A stretch of DNA of 64,000 nt. Origin: Thermomicrobiales bacterium. Its GTDB lineage: Bacteria; Chloroflexota; Chloroflexia; Thermomicrobiales; UBA6265. The stretch spans positions 130,216 to 194,215 of the forward strand of contig JAXLWU010000003.1 of the NCBI GenBank assembly GCA_046328335.1. The letters run 5' to 3'. The position numbers and the translations under genes were made by a program. How positions within the stretch are numbered: position 1 is the stretch's first letter; every line of letters begins with the position of its first letter. The notes under the pieces were generated by a model. The model worked only from the letters and a program-made list of their open reading frames with translations. It was not told where the DNA came from and did not search any database. Of the stretch, positions 45,420 through 54,336 are shown piece after piece.

Positions 45420-46511
45420 ATGGCTCATCGGGTCACTGTACTTGGCGGTGGAAATACCGCGTTCAGCATGGCGGCGAATCTGGCGCTTGCCGGCCATGAG
45501 GTCCTCCTCTGGGAACATCCAGAATTTGCGCACATCCTGGAGCCAATTCGATCCTCTCTCACCATCCATCTCGATGGCGCCGCCAGAACCGGCGCCGCGA
45601 AGCTGGCGGGGGTCACCACCGATCCCGCGGAGGCGCTTGCCTGGTCGGAGACGCTGGTCTGCTCAGTTCCCTCGTATGCGCACCAGCCGTTTCTGGAGCA
45701 GATCCTTCCTCACCTGCGGCCGGGTCACATTCTGGCGTGGTTGCCGGGGAATCTCGGGGCGCTGGCGACGGCCGAGGCACTGCGGGAAGCCGGCATCGAG
45801 GGGGTGATCGTCGCCGAGTCGGATACGGCTCCCTACGTGTGTCGCAAGAGCGCACCGGACCGAGCGGTGATCTGGGGAACCGTCAGCGCGCTGGGCATCG
45901 GGATCGAGCCCGCATCACAAACGGAAGAAGCCATGCCGGTGCTGAAGGCGCTTTTTCCCGGTGCGACGGCATACCACAGCGCTCTGGAGGCGGGGCTCTC
46001 CGCGTTGAATCCGGTCGTCCATCCGCCCGGGGTCCTGATGAACGCGGGCCGCATCGAGCGCAGCCGCGGCGAATTCTGGTTCTACGACGAAGGTGTCACG
46101 CCTTCGGTCGTCAATGCCATCGAGGCGATCGATCGCGAGCGGCGGGCGCTGGGCGCCGCACTGGGCCTCGAGCTGACGCCGGTCGCCGCGGCCTTCCATG
46201 CGGCGGGATTTGGACCGTCGGGAGACCTCTGGGCGACGATCAACGGGTCGAAAATGCTGACCGCGTTGCGGGCACCCGGGCAGGTCAATACCCGCTGGCT
46301 GACGGAAGACATTCCGTATGGTCTGGCGACCTGGGCGGCGCTTGGCGATCGCCTCGGCGTGCCTACGCCGACCATGGATGCCCTGGTTTCGCTCGCGGCC
46401 GTCGTGCTGCAGCGCGAATTCTCGGCGGAGACGCGTGGTCTGGAGGCGCTCGGACTGAACGACCGCTCTGATGACGAGTTGCGAACGCTGGCGGCGGGAA
46501 GACAAGGTTGA
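45420..46511 (+). CDS. NAD/NADP octopine/nopaline (opine) dehydrogenase family protein
   Basis: 363 aa. N-terminus VTVLGGGNTAFSMAANLALAGHEV (Rossmann fold), ESDTAPYVCR and LNPVVHPPGVLMN match opine-dehydrogenase family blocks. Strong GGGAAGGGAG RBS. Confidence 0.7.
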   Translation: MAHRVTVLGGGNTAFSMAANLALAGHEVLLWEHPEFAHILEPIRSSLTIHLDGAARTGAAKLAGVTTDPAEALAWSETLVCSVPSYAHQPFLEQILPHLRPGHILAWLPGNLGALATAEALREAGIEGVIVAESDTAPYVCRKSAPDRAVIWGTVSALGIGIEPASQTEEAMPVLKALFPGATAYHSALEAGLSALNPVVHPPGVLMNAGRIERSRGEFWFYDEGVTPSVVNAIEAIDRERRALGAALGLELTPVAAAFHAAGFGPSGDLWATINGSKMLTALRAPGQVNTRWLTEDIPYGLATWAALGDRLGVPTPTMDALVSLAAVVLQREFSAETRGLEALGLNDRSDDELRTLAAGRQG

Positions 46512-46624
46512 GGCTCTTTATCTCGTGCCGTCGTTCAATCCTGAAACGGCGTTGACGGCGCTGGCGACGATTCGTATGCTCGCCTCCGAAGCGTCGATCG
46601 AGATTCATCCAGTGAGGTGTTGCG

Positions 46625-48367
46625 GTGCCTGCGAATGATCGCGCCCGACCACTCCCCGGTCTGCCGGACGTCACGCTGGAACGGAATGTTCCCTGCGTGA
46701 CGCGGGATGGCACGACTCTTTTCGCGGATGTGTACCGACCGCGAGGAGATGGGCTATTTCCGGTCGTCCTCATGCGCTTGCCATATGACAAGACGCAGGC
46801 CGAGAACATCTCCTACGCCGACCCGTCCTGGTACGCGCGCCACGGCTACATCGTGGTGATCCAGGACACGCGAGGCTGCTGCACGGCGGAAGGGGAGTTT
46901 GTGCCCTTTCTGCGCGAGGCAGAAGATGGATACGATGCCATTGAGTGGGCGGCGCGGTTGCCGGGAGCCAATGGCAAGGTCGGGATGTATGGCTTCTCCT
47001 ATGCCGGCGCCACTCAGTTGATGCCCGCCACGCTGCGTCCGCCGAGCCTGACGACCGTCTGTCCGGCGATGACCGCTTCCGAGTATTACGAGGGGTGGAC
47101 CTACAACCAGGGCGCACTCGCGCTGGGGTTCACCATGTCGTGGGCGACCGATTTGGCGTCGCGGCAGGCGCGGCGGGCGGGCGATGATGCGGCCGTAGGC
47201 GATCTGTTCACCACCTTTGCCAATATCAAAGGTTGGAACTGGTTTCTGCCGCTCGCCGGATTTCCGCCTCTTGCCGGTTCCTACGGTCACTTCTTCCGCG
47301 ACTGGCTGTCCCATCCGACAAACGACGACTACTGGCGGCGCTGGAGCATCAACCGCGACTATGGGCGGCTCACGGTCCCCGCGTTGCACGTCGGTGGCTG
47401 GTACGACATCTTCCTCTCGGGAACGGTCGAGAATTTCCGCGGCATGCGTGCCGGGGCCGGGACGGACGAAGCCCGCGCGGCGCAGAAACTCGTGATCGGT
47501 CCCTGGCTGCACATGCCCTGGAAGCCGGTCAATGGCTCCCCCGATGGGCGTGGCGTGGAGCCGACCGTCGTCGATGACCTGCAACTGCGCTGGTTCGACC
47601 AGTTCCTGAAGGGGCAGGACAGCGGCCTGCTCGACAATCCGGTTTCGCTCTTCATCATGGGCGCCGACACCTGGCGAGACTACCCGGATTGGCCGCCACC
47701 GGGAACGGTCGAGACCAATTGGTACCTACACTCCGGAGGGCGAGCGAACTCTCGCTTCGGTGATGGAACCCTCTCGCGCGAAGCGCCTGGCGATGAGTCG
47801 CCGGATCGGTTCACCTACGATCCGCTCTATCCGACGCCGAGCGCCGGCGGTCATTCCTGCTGCCTGGAATTCGCGGCGCCAATGGGCCCGGCCGATCAGC
47901 GCGGAGTGGAAGCGTTCAATGGCGTCCTCGTCTACACCAGCGAACCACTCGCCGAACCACTTGAGATCATTGGTGACGTGTCGGTGACACTGTACGCCGC
48001 AACCACGGCATGTGATACGGACTGGACGGCGCGGCTGTGCGAGGTCTTTCCCGACGGCCGATCGATCAACCTGCAGGAAGGGATCGTTCGCGCGCGCTAC
48101 CGTGAAAGCTTGACTGATCCGTCCCTGCTCGAACCGGATCGCGTCTATCGCTACCGGATTCCGCTCGGACCGGTGGGAGCGCGCATTGCCGCCGGAAATT
48201 GCTTACGAGTGACGATTTCATCGAGCGATTTCCCGCAGTGGGACCGCAATCTCAACACCGGCGGGCCGTTGTTTGGCGAGCAGGTATCGGCGGCTGTGGT
48301 TGCAACGCAGACCATTCTTCACGACGCCGAGAACGCGTCGTTTGTCACGTTACCCGTGGTCCGATGA
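46625..48367 (+). CDS. CocE/NonD family hydrolase, paralogue 2
   Basis: 580 aa. VTRDGTTLFADVYRP..LMRLPYDK..GMYGFSYAG..VPALHVGGWYDIFL..SSDFPQWDRNLNTG is collinear with the paralogue at 19382..21145. Confidence 0.8.
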   Translation: MPANDRARPLPGLPDVTLERNVPCVTRDGTTLFADVYRPRGDGLFPVVLMRLPYDKTQAENISYADPSWYARHGYIVVIQDTRGCCTAEGEFVPFLREAEDGYDAIEWAARLPGANGKVGMYGFSYAGATQLMPATLRPPSLTTVCPAMTASEYYEGWTYNQGALALGFTMSWATDLASRQARRAGDDAAVGDLFTTFANIKGWNWFLPLAGFPPLAGSYGHFFRDWLSHPTNDDYWRRWSINRDYGRLTVPALHVGGWYDIFLSGTVENFRGMRAGAGTDEARAAQKLVIGPWLHMPWKPVNGSPDGRGVEPTVVDDLQLRWFDQFLKGQDSGLLDNPVSLFIMGADTWRDYPDWPPPGTVETNWYLHSGGRANSRFGDGTLSREAPGDESPDRFTYDPLYPTPSAGGHSCCLEFAAPMGPADQRGVEAFNGVLVYTSEPLAEPLEIIGDVSVTLYAATTACDTDWTARLCEVFPDGRSINLQEGIVRARYRESLTDPSLLEPDRVYRYRIPLGPVGARIAAGNCLRVTISSSDFPQWDRNLNTGGPLFGEQVSAAVVATQTILHDAENASFVTLPVVR

Positions 48368-48380
48368 AGAGGGAATCGTC

Positions 48381-49505
48381 GTGAGCAGCGATTCAGAGGG
48401 GATTGTTATTGTCGGTGGCGGGGTGATCGGCAGCGGCATCGCCTTCGCTCTGGCTTCTCGGGGCGTTCCGGTGACCCTCATCGAGCGGGGCCGGATCGGG
48501 GGCGAAGCCTCATGGGCCTCCGCGGGAATCATCTCCCTTCCCAGCCGGCCGTGGATGCGCGCCGAGCGGGTCGAACTGGGGAGGATGAGCCTCGAATCGT
48601 ATCCCGCGCTGGTCGCGGATCTGGAAGCGCGTACCGGTCTCGATATTGGGTATCGGCGGCCGGGCGAATGGGTGATCGCCGTCGACGCCGAGCATGCCGA
48701 GGCGGAACAGGCCGTGGCCGACTGGCAACATGGCTTGGGGCTACATGTCGAACCGGTGGACCCGGTCGATGCTCGCCGCAGGGAACCGGCGCTGCCGGAG
48801 AACCTGGCGGCGGCCTGGTTTCACCCGAATGTCGGTTCGCTCTCCGTCTATCGTCTCGCTCAGGCGCTGGCTGCTGCCGCGAAGGGGTTGGGCGCGATCG
48901 TCCTGGAAGAGACACCCGTCGGTGGGTTGATCGTCCAGGATGGCCGGATTCTGGGCGTGCGCGTGCTGGACGGTGAGATGCGGGCGGCAACCACCGTGCT
49001 CGCGACCGGCGCCTGGACGCGATTCCTCAGCGACGCCATCGGTGTCAGGCTCCCCACGAAACCGGTGAAAGGCCAATTGATTGCCTTCGCCGGCGCGCCC
49101 TTGCGGCCCGCGACGGTGCTCTCCGGTCATGGCGGCTACGTGCGGCCGCGGCCAGATGGAACCACGCTGGTGGCGGCGACGGAAGAGGACGCGGGATTCG
49201 ACCGGCGCGTGACCGGCGATGGCGTCGCCTGGTTACTCGGGCTAGCACGCACGCTCTGCCCGGTCCTGCTGCAAGGCGAACTCGTCGAGTCATGGAGCGG
49301 GTTGCGGCCGGGATCGGAGACCGGCGATCCGCTGATCGGTCCAGTTCCGGGATTCGATGGCCTTTGGGTCTGCGCCGGTCATTTCCGTACTGGGGCGAAA
49401 GAGGCGCCGGCGACGGCGACGCTCGTCGCGGAGGCGCTGACATCGGGGAACACCCCGCCGTTGTTGGAGGCGTTCTCTCCGGCGGCGCAGGGAATTGGGG
49501 CATGA
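48381..49505 (+). CDS. FAD-dependent oxidoreductase (glycine/D-amino-acid oxidase, ThiO/DAO-like)
   Basis: GTG at 48381 gives VSSDSEGIVIVGGGVIGSGIAFALASRG (GxGxxG). The C-terminus GHFRTGAKEAPATA is typical of the DAO family. Confidence 0.8.
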   Translation: MSSDSEGIVIVGGGVIGSGIAFALASRGVPVTLIERGRIGGEASWASAGIISLPSRPWMRAERVELGRMSLESYPALVADLEARTGLDIGYRRPGEWVIAVDAEHAEAEQAVADWQHGLGLHVEPVDPVDARRREPALPENLAAAWFHPNVGSLSVYRLAQALAAAAKGLGAIVLEETPVGGLIVQDGRILGVRVLDGEMRAATTVLATGAWTRFLSDAIGVRLPTKPVKGQLIAFAGAPLRPATVLSGHGGYVRPRPDGTTLVAATEEDAGFDRRVTGDGVAWLLGLARTLCPVLLQGELVESWSGLRPGSETGDPLIGPVPGFDGLWVCAGHFRTGAKEAPATATLVAEALTSGNTPPLLEAFSPAAQGIGA

Positions 49506-50434
49506 CCATCGCGCGGCCCGAGCGCAGCATTCTGGCCACGCCGGGGTCGAACCCGAGGATGATCGAAAAGGCGTTGGCAAGCGACGCCGATGTCGTGATG
49601 ATCGACCTCGAGGATGCGGTCGCGCCGGAAGCGAAATCGGAGTCCCGCGTGATCGTGGCGGCGGCCCTGCGTGATGGAGACTGGCGAGGACGACCGCGCA
49701 CCTTTCGCATGAACGCCCTCGATACGCCCTGGTTCGTGCGCGATCTTGTCGATATCACGGAGCAGACAGGGGCAGCGCTCGATCGCATCGTGCTGCCGAA
49801 GGCGAGATGTTCTACCGATGTCGTGACGGTTGCAACGATGCTGAATGCCCTGGAAGCGGGGAGAGACCATGTGGAGCCGATCGGACTCGACGTTCAGATC
49901 GAAAGCGCGGCCGGGCTCGTGCACTGCGAGGCGATCGCCACCGCGAGCACTCGGATCCAGGCGCTTGTCTTCGGCCCCGGCGATTACGCGGCGACCGTGG
50001 GTATGCCGTTGACCGCTATCGGCACACCCGACGAGTGGGATACTTCCTATCCTGGACATCGTTGGGACTATCCGATGCACCGGCTCGTTGTTGCCGCGCG
50101 AGCAGCCGGTGTTCGCACCATAGACGGGCCCTATGCCGATTTTCGTGACGAAGCGGGGTTTCGCCGCTCGTGTCTGATCGCCCGTGCGCTCGGTTTCGAC
50201 GGCAAATGGTGCATTCACCCGGCGCAGGTGCCGATCGCGAATGAGGTCTTCACGCCTACAAGCGAAGAAATCGCGTGGGCGAGAGAGGTGCTTTCAGCGA
50301 ACGAAGCCGCAGCAGTGGCGGGACGTGGCTCGTTCGCGCTCGATGGGCGGATGATCGACGCCGCGAGTCTGCGCATGGCGCGGGCAACGCTGGCCCGCGC
50401 CGGGCAGGATGAATTTACAACCGACGCCGGTTAG
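49502..50434 (+). CDS. HpcH/HpaI aldolase / citrate lyase beta (CitE, malyl-CoA lyase-like) family protein
   Basis: ATG at 49502 overlaps the upstream stop (ATGA). RSILATPGSNPRMIEKALASDADVVMIDLEDAV..VRMNAL..IESA.G are CitE-family motifs. Confidence 0.8.
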   Translation: MTIARPERSILATPGSNPRMIEKALASDADVVMIDLEDAVAPEAKSESRVIVAAALRDGDWRGRPRTFRMNALDTPWFVRDLVDITEQTGAALDRIVLPKARCSTDVVTVATMLNALEAGRDHVEPIGLDVQIESAAGLVHCEAIATASTRIQALVFGPGDYAATVGMPLTAIGTPDEWDTSYPGHRWDYPMHRLVVAARAAGVRTIDGPYADFRDEAGFRRSCLIARALGFDGKWCIHPAQVPIANEVFTPTSEEIAWAREVLSANEAAAVAGRGSFALDGRMIDAASLRMARATLARAGQDEFTTDAG

Positions 50435-51518
50435 CGGGTCTCAACGTCGCGCATCCGACTGCGGCAAGCAAGCCACCGCCGGCTGCCGCGGCGATCAAAG
50501 CCAGATCGATTCCGTCCGCAAGCCATCCTGAACCGGTGCGCGGCACCTGAACGACCGTGGGGTTGGCCGACGGGAGTGATGAGCAGGCAAAGCCGTCACC
50601 GTTCGGATCGAGATTGAACGGGTCGGATGGATCCAGGTTGTATTGGGCCTGTGCTTCTTCCTGCGTGGCGAAATCGGCGCAATCGAGATCGCGAATGGCG
50701 ACCGGAGTTGGCTCGTTGGCTGGCGTCGGTTCAGGGGTTTGGTTCCCGTTCTGGCGAGCCTGCCGCTTGGCTTCGCGCTGCGCCGCTCGATCCTGGTTAT
50801 CGGTCGGAGTCGGCTCGGTTGTCGCGAGTTCTTCGCAAACGACTCCGTCTCCATCCTCATCGAGGGCAGCGAGGCCTTCCTTGTCGGCATCGAACGCGGC
50901 CTGGGCGTCCTCCTGCGTCGCGAAGTCCGCGCACGTTACTTCGGTGGTCGTCGATTCGTCGTCCTTCCGATTTCGTTTCGTCTTCTGGTTCTTGTTGCCA
51001 TTGTTGTTGCTGTTGTCGGTTTCCTGCGCCGCTTGATCGTTGCCGTTGCCGTTGCCAGCGTTGTCCGCGGCGACGCTGGCTGCTGACGGCAGAAGCGCGC
51101 AGGCAATGCCATCACCGTTGGGATCGAGGTTGTTGGGATCGGTGGGGTCGGCTTCGAGAACGGCCTGCGCCTCTTCCTGGGTCGTGAAATCCGCACAATC
51201 CACATCTTCGTCCGCGCTCTGTTGCTCGGTGGCAACCTGCTGGTCCGATCCGCCGTTGCCGGACCCGTTGCCGCCACTCTGCGGATCTCTGGTTTCAAGC
51301 CCGAAATAGACTTCGCAGGCTTGCCCGTCGCCGTCGTCGTCGATGGCCGTGGCCGCTTCGGGATGAGCGGAATAGTAGTCGTTCGCTTCTTCGATCGAGG
51401 CAAATGACTTGCAGTCGACGGGCGTATCCTGCGCGGCCGAGGCACTCCATGGGGCAAACGGAAGCGCGGCAAGAACCATGGTGACGAAGATGAGGGCTCG
51501 AATTCGCGTCACAGGCAT
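50415..51518 (-). CDS. Cell-surface protein: signal peptide, four Excalibur Ca-binding domains, LPXTG sorting signal
   Basis: 367 aa. The signal is MPVTRIRALIFVTMVLAALPFAPWSASA. Four C-x-(D/S)F..(E/D)EA(Q/N)..D(P/D)(N/D)GDG(x)AC modules are present. The C-terminus is LPRTG plus a hydrophobic segment plus RPANRRRL. Its 3' end overlaps the convergent CitE-like gene by 20 nt. Confidence 0.75.
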   Translation of the reverse strand: MPVTRIRALIFVTMVLAALPFAPWSASAAQDTPVDCKSFASIEEANDYYSAHPEAATAIDDDGDGQACEVYFGLETRDPQSGGNGSGNGGSDQQVATEQQSADEDVDCADFTTQEEAQAVLEADPTDPNNLDPNGDGIACALLPSAASVAADNAGNGNGNDQAAQETDNSNNNGNKNQKTKRNRKDDESTTTEVTCADFATQEDAQAAFDADKEGLAALDEDGDGVVCEELATTEPTPTDNQDRAAQREAKRQARQNGNQTPEPTPANEPTPVAIRDLDCADFATQEEAQAQYNLDPSDPFNLDPNGDGFACSSLPSANPTVVQVPRTGSGWLADGIDLALIAAAAGGGLLAAVGCATLRPANRRRL

Positions 51519-51756
51519 GCCTCTCGATTCAACCTGGTATTCACTCGTATCCGATTGCGCCGTTGCCGCGCCAACTCTCAGACGAGCAGCGAGGCACCCT
51601 CGTTACGCGCTGCCTCGCATGAAATCGTGCCGATCGATTTGGAGAACCTCGCTACTCGGCGGCGGTCGGTAACGGCACGCTTCTGGACCGGGAAGCGACC
51701 TCCTGTCCGTACAGGGGCACGGTGACACGAAGTCGGTAGTTTGGCAAGTCCCGCGG

Positions 51757-52215
51757 TCACGATTCTGGTTGCGCGAGCGCTGCCGCATCGGCCCAGGCTC
51801 GATCAGGATGTGCGGCTCGCCACCCGCTCACCACCTGACTGATGGCCAGCGCAAGGTCTTCGAGTTCGATCGGCGCGACTACTCCCTGATCGGCGCCGGC
51901 GGTGACCACCGCTGCCACGTTTGCGCTGTTCTCCCCGATCGCCAGAATGGGGATGTCCGTGCGAGGCGTCCCCCCGGCGCGGCCATCGCCATCTCGCAAG
52001 CGACGTACCAGTTCGACCGCACCGATGCCGCCGATTGCGCTATCGATCAACATGGCATCGAACGACCGCAAGCGAAAAACCTCGATAGCCTGTAACGCGC
52101 TCGCGATCACACTCGTCCAGAAGCCAACGTAAACCAGTCCTTCGCCCAGAAAATCGCTTAGGTCACGGTCGTCGCTGACAATCAGGACATGGGGGCGTTG
52201 CAACGCAGAAGGCAC
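51757..52215 (-). CDS. Stand-alone receiver-domain (CheY-like) response regulator
   Basis: HVLIVSDDRD..FDAMLIDSAIGG..ILAIGE is a receiver-domain pattern with no output domain. I prefer the GTG at 52215 (GGGAG RBS) over the track start 52296. Confidence 0.6.
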   Translation of the reverse strand: MPSALQRPHVLIVSDDRDLSDFLGEGLVYVGFWTSVIASALQAIEVFRLRSFDAMLIDSAIGGIGAVELVRRLRDGDGRAGGTPRTDIPILAIGENSANVAAVVTAGADQGVVAPIELEDLALAISQVVSGWRAAHPDRAWADAAALAQPES

Positions 52216-52258
52216 ACTCGACTCCCATCCGACTGAATAACGGCGCGCACTATGCGCT

Positions 52259-52870
52259 ATGATGCAATCACCCCGCAATACCATTCGACGTGCCATGCCC
52301 GAGACGTGGCGCGGAACGAAGGCGCAGGATCTCCGCTTGCACTGGCACGTTGAACATGAAGAGACGCGGCTCCTCCTGGAGCGCTACATCGCGGTACTGG
52401 CGTTGCCGACGGACCGGTTGCGGGTGACCACCGAGCGGCGAGAGTTTGCAACCTGGCTAGGGCGTGAAGTGCGGGCGTCGATCGGTGGCGCCTATGCCTT
52501 CAAGCCTTCCACCCGAGAACATCTCGTGTTCATCCATCTGGCGCGCATCGATCTTTCCCAGCCGAAATCGCTCGAAGTCGTTGTCGCGGAAGAGTTGATC
52601 CACATGCGTGATCGGCTTGATGGCGATCTGAGGCGTCATGCTCGACATGGCTACGACCGAATTGCGCGTCGGGTGGCGGCGGTCACCGGGGCATCGCTGG
52701 AAGAGGTGCGGGCCGCGGTCATTCCGCCGAAGCGGCGACCGGCACGCTTTGTGTATGCCTGCGCGTCGTGCGGGCTCGAAGTGCCGCGGCGGACAACCGG
52801 AACCTGGTCGTGCGGCCGCTGCTCGCCCCACTTTGACGCGAGGTATCTGTTGCGGCTGGTGTCCGCTTGA
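52259..52870 (+). CDS. Hypothetical protein with C-terminal CxxC..CxxC zinc ribbon
   Basis: 203-aa ORF divergent from the receiver gene. The C-terminus is YACASCGLEVPRRTTGTWSCGRC. AEELIHM only loosely resembles a SprT-like HExxH motif (the first His is missing). The start is uncertain. Confidence 0.4.
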   Translation: MMQSPRNTIRRAMPETWRGTKAQDLRLHWHVEHEETRLLLERYIAVLALPTDRLRVTTERREFATWLGREVRASIGGAYAFKPSTREHLVFIHLARIDLSQPKSLEVVVAEELIHMRDRLDGDLRRHARHGYDRIARRVAAVTGASLEEVRAAVIPPKRRPARFVYACASCGLEVPRRTTGTWSCGRCSPHFDARYLLRLVSA

Positions 52871-52985
52871 ATGAAAGGTTTGATGTCACCCGGCAGCCGG
52901 CCGCATCGTGCGTTAGGCTATGAGGTGGAGCATCTCGTCCATCGCGGACCGGCGATGACAGGGGACTGGGGAAGGTAGGGCGACA

Positions 52986-54110
52986 ATGGGCGGCTGGGAT
53001 CGATTCAGTGAATGGGTTGCCACGCTCGTGGTCGCGGCGATGACCTGGACATCCGGCGTCCTTGCCCCGCAACCACCGCATGACGCTGTATCCACGGCAG
53101 ATCCTGTTCCAGCCGCGATGCAAGCATGGGCGATCGCGCTGCCAGCGCAACTCGATTCGCCGCAGATCGAGCCGCAAACCGACGATGTCGAAACGCTCGA
53201 TGAGGGAGCACCTCCGACTGCTACGAGCACAACCACCGATCAGTCGGGAACGTCGGCGCCGATCGAGGCGACCGGCGATCAAGATATCGAACTGCTCGAT
53301 CAGGGAACGCCGCCGCCGACCCAGGTCACGACATCAGAACCGGTGGCGGTGACCAGTGAACCGGCACCGGTTTCGAGTGAGCCGGCTCCGGTGGCAGCGG
53401 CGCCGATGTCGGCGGAGACGACGAGTGCCGCTCCTGTGGCGTCGGGACCAGTGCTGCCGCCGGGATTTGGCACGGGGCGGGTGCAGGTGGCGGCGGGAAA
53501 CAACGGATTTCCAACGGGACTTGCCAATTGCCACGTTGGCGCCGTGACGGGCCGTGCCTACGTCGGTATCGACTGCGGCGACACAGATGATGCGTTCGTC
53601 GGTCACGCGGCGTCGTTCACCGATTTTCCGTTCGTCGTTGAAGCGCCGTTTCCATTCAACGACTCGAATGAACCGGCCGGCACAACGTCAACGGTCGACG
53701 ACAACCCCAGTGCGAACGATCAATTCGTCCTGAACAACACCGGGGCCGACTCTTTCTTCGTGCGCGATCCGCGTGTCCCGAACGTGGAGACGAACGGATC
53801 GAGCGGATCGGTCGTTTCGCTGGCGCAGAAATCTGGGGAGCACCCCCGGGATCGAATCGAACAGCAGGGTTCGCACAAGGCGCGTTCACAACACGGCGGT
53901 TCATCTACGAAGGCCCAGCGAGCCGATGACTCGAACACCGATGTCGGCTCGGCAAGCAAGGACAGCAAGCAGAAGCATCACAAGAGCGAGAAGAAAAAGG
54001 ACAAGAGTAAAGAAAAGAACAAGAAAGAAGATAAGAAGGATTCCAAGGATAAGAAGAAGAAAGACAAGAATGGTCAAAATAGGAAGAGCGACAAAGACGA
54101 GAACAAGTGA
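52986..54110 (+). CDS. Membrane-anchored/secreted hypothetical protein with Pro/Ala/Ser-rich repeats and extremely Lys-rich C-terminal tail
   Basis: 374 aa. The N-terminal TM is WVATLVVAAMTWTSGVLA. SEPVAVTSEPAPVSSEPAPV repeats are present. The last ~60 aa are KDSKQKHHKSEKKKDKSKEKNKKEDKKDSKDKKKKDKNGQNRKSDKDENK. Confidence 0.5.
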   Translation: MGGWDRFSEWVATLVVAAMTWTSGVLAPQPPHDAVSTADPVPAAMQAWAIALPAQLDSPQIEPQTDDVETLDEGAPPTATSTTTDQSGTSAPIEATGDQDIELLDQGTPPPTQVTTSEPVAVTSEPAPVSSEPAPVAAAPMSAETTSAAPVASGPVLPPGFGTGRVQVAAGNNGFPTGLANCHVGAVTGRAYVGIDCGDTDDAFVGHAASFTDFPFVVEAPFPFNDSNEPAGTTSTVDDNPSANDQFVLNNTGADSFFVRDPRVPNVETNGSSGSVVSLAQKSGEHPRDRIEQQGSHKARSQHGGSSTKAQRADDSNTDVGSASKDSKQKHHKSEKKKDKSKEKNKKEDKKDSKDKKKKDKNGQNRKSDKDENK

Positions 54111-54242
54111 GCTGCAACTCCCCCGGCGAGTCCCAGTTCAGCTTTGACGCGGGAGTGTAGCCGGGGCGGTACAGGGGCGTTTGACACTCTCTGGGTTACA
54201 AGATCAAAGGCGATCTGTTTCCTAACGACGCCGTGCGGGAGG

Positions 54243-54310
54243 TGTGTCGTCCCGAGAAACGAGGGACCGCGTCGTTCGGCCCGGGGCACGACGGACGACG
54301 CGCTGCGTAG
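54243..54310 (-). repeat. Repeat family A copy (A5, inverted orientation)
   Basis: The reverse complement reads ..CCGAACGACGCGGTCCCTCGTTTCTCGGGACGACACA. Confidence 0.6.
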
Positions 54311-54336
54311 GATGGACACATAGTCTGCCCGCCGCG

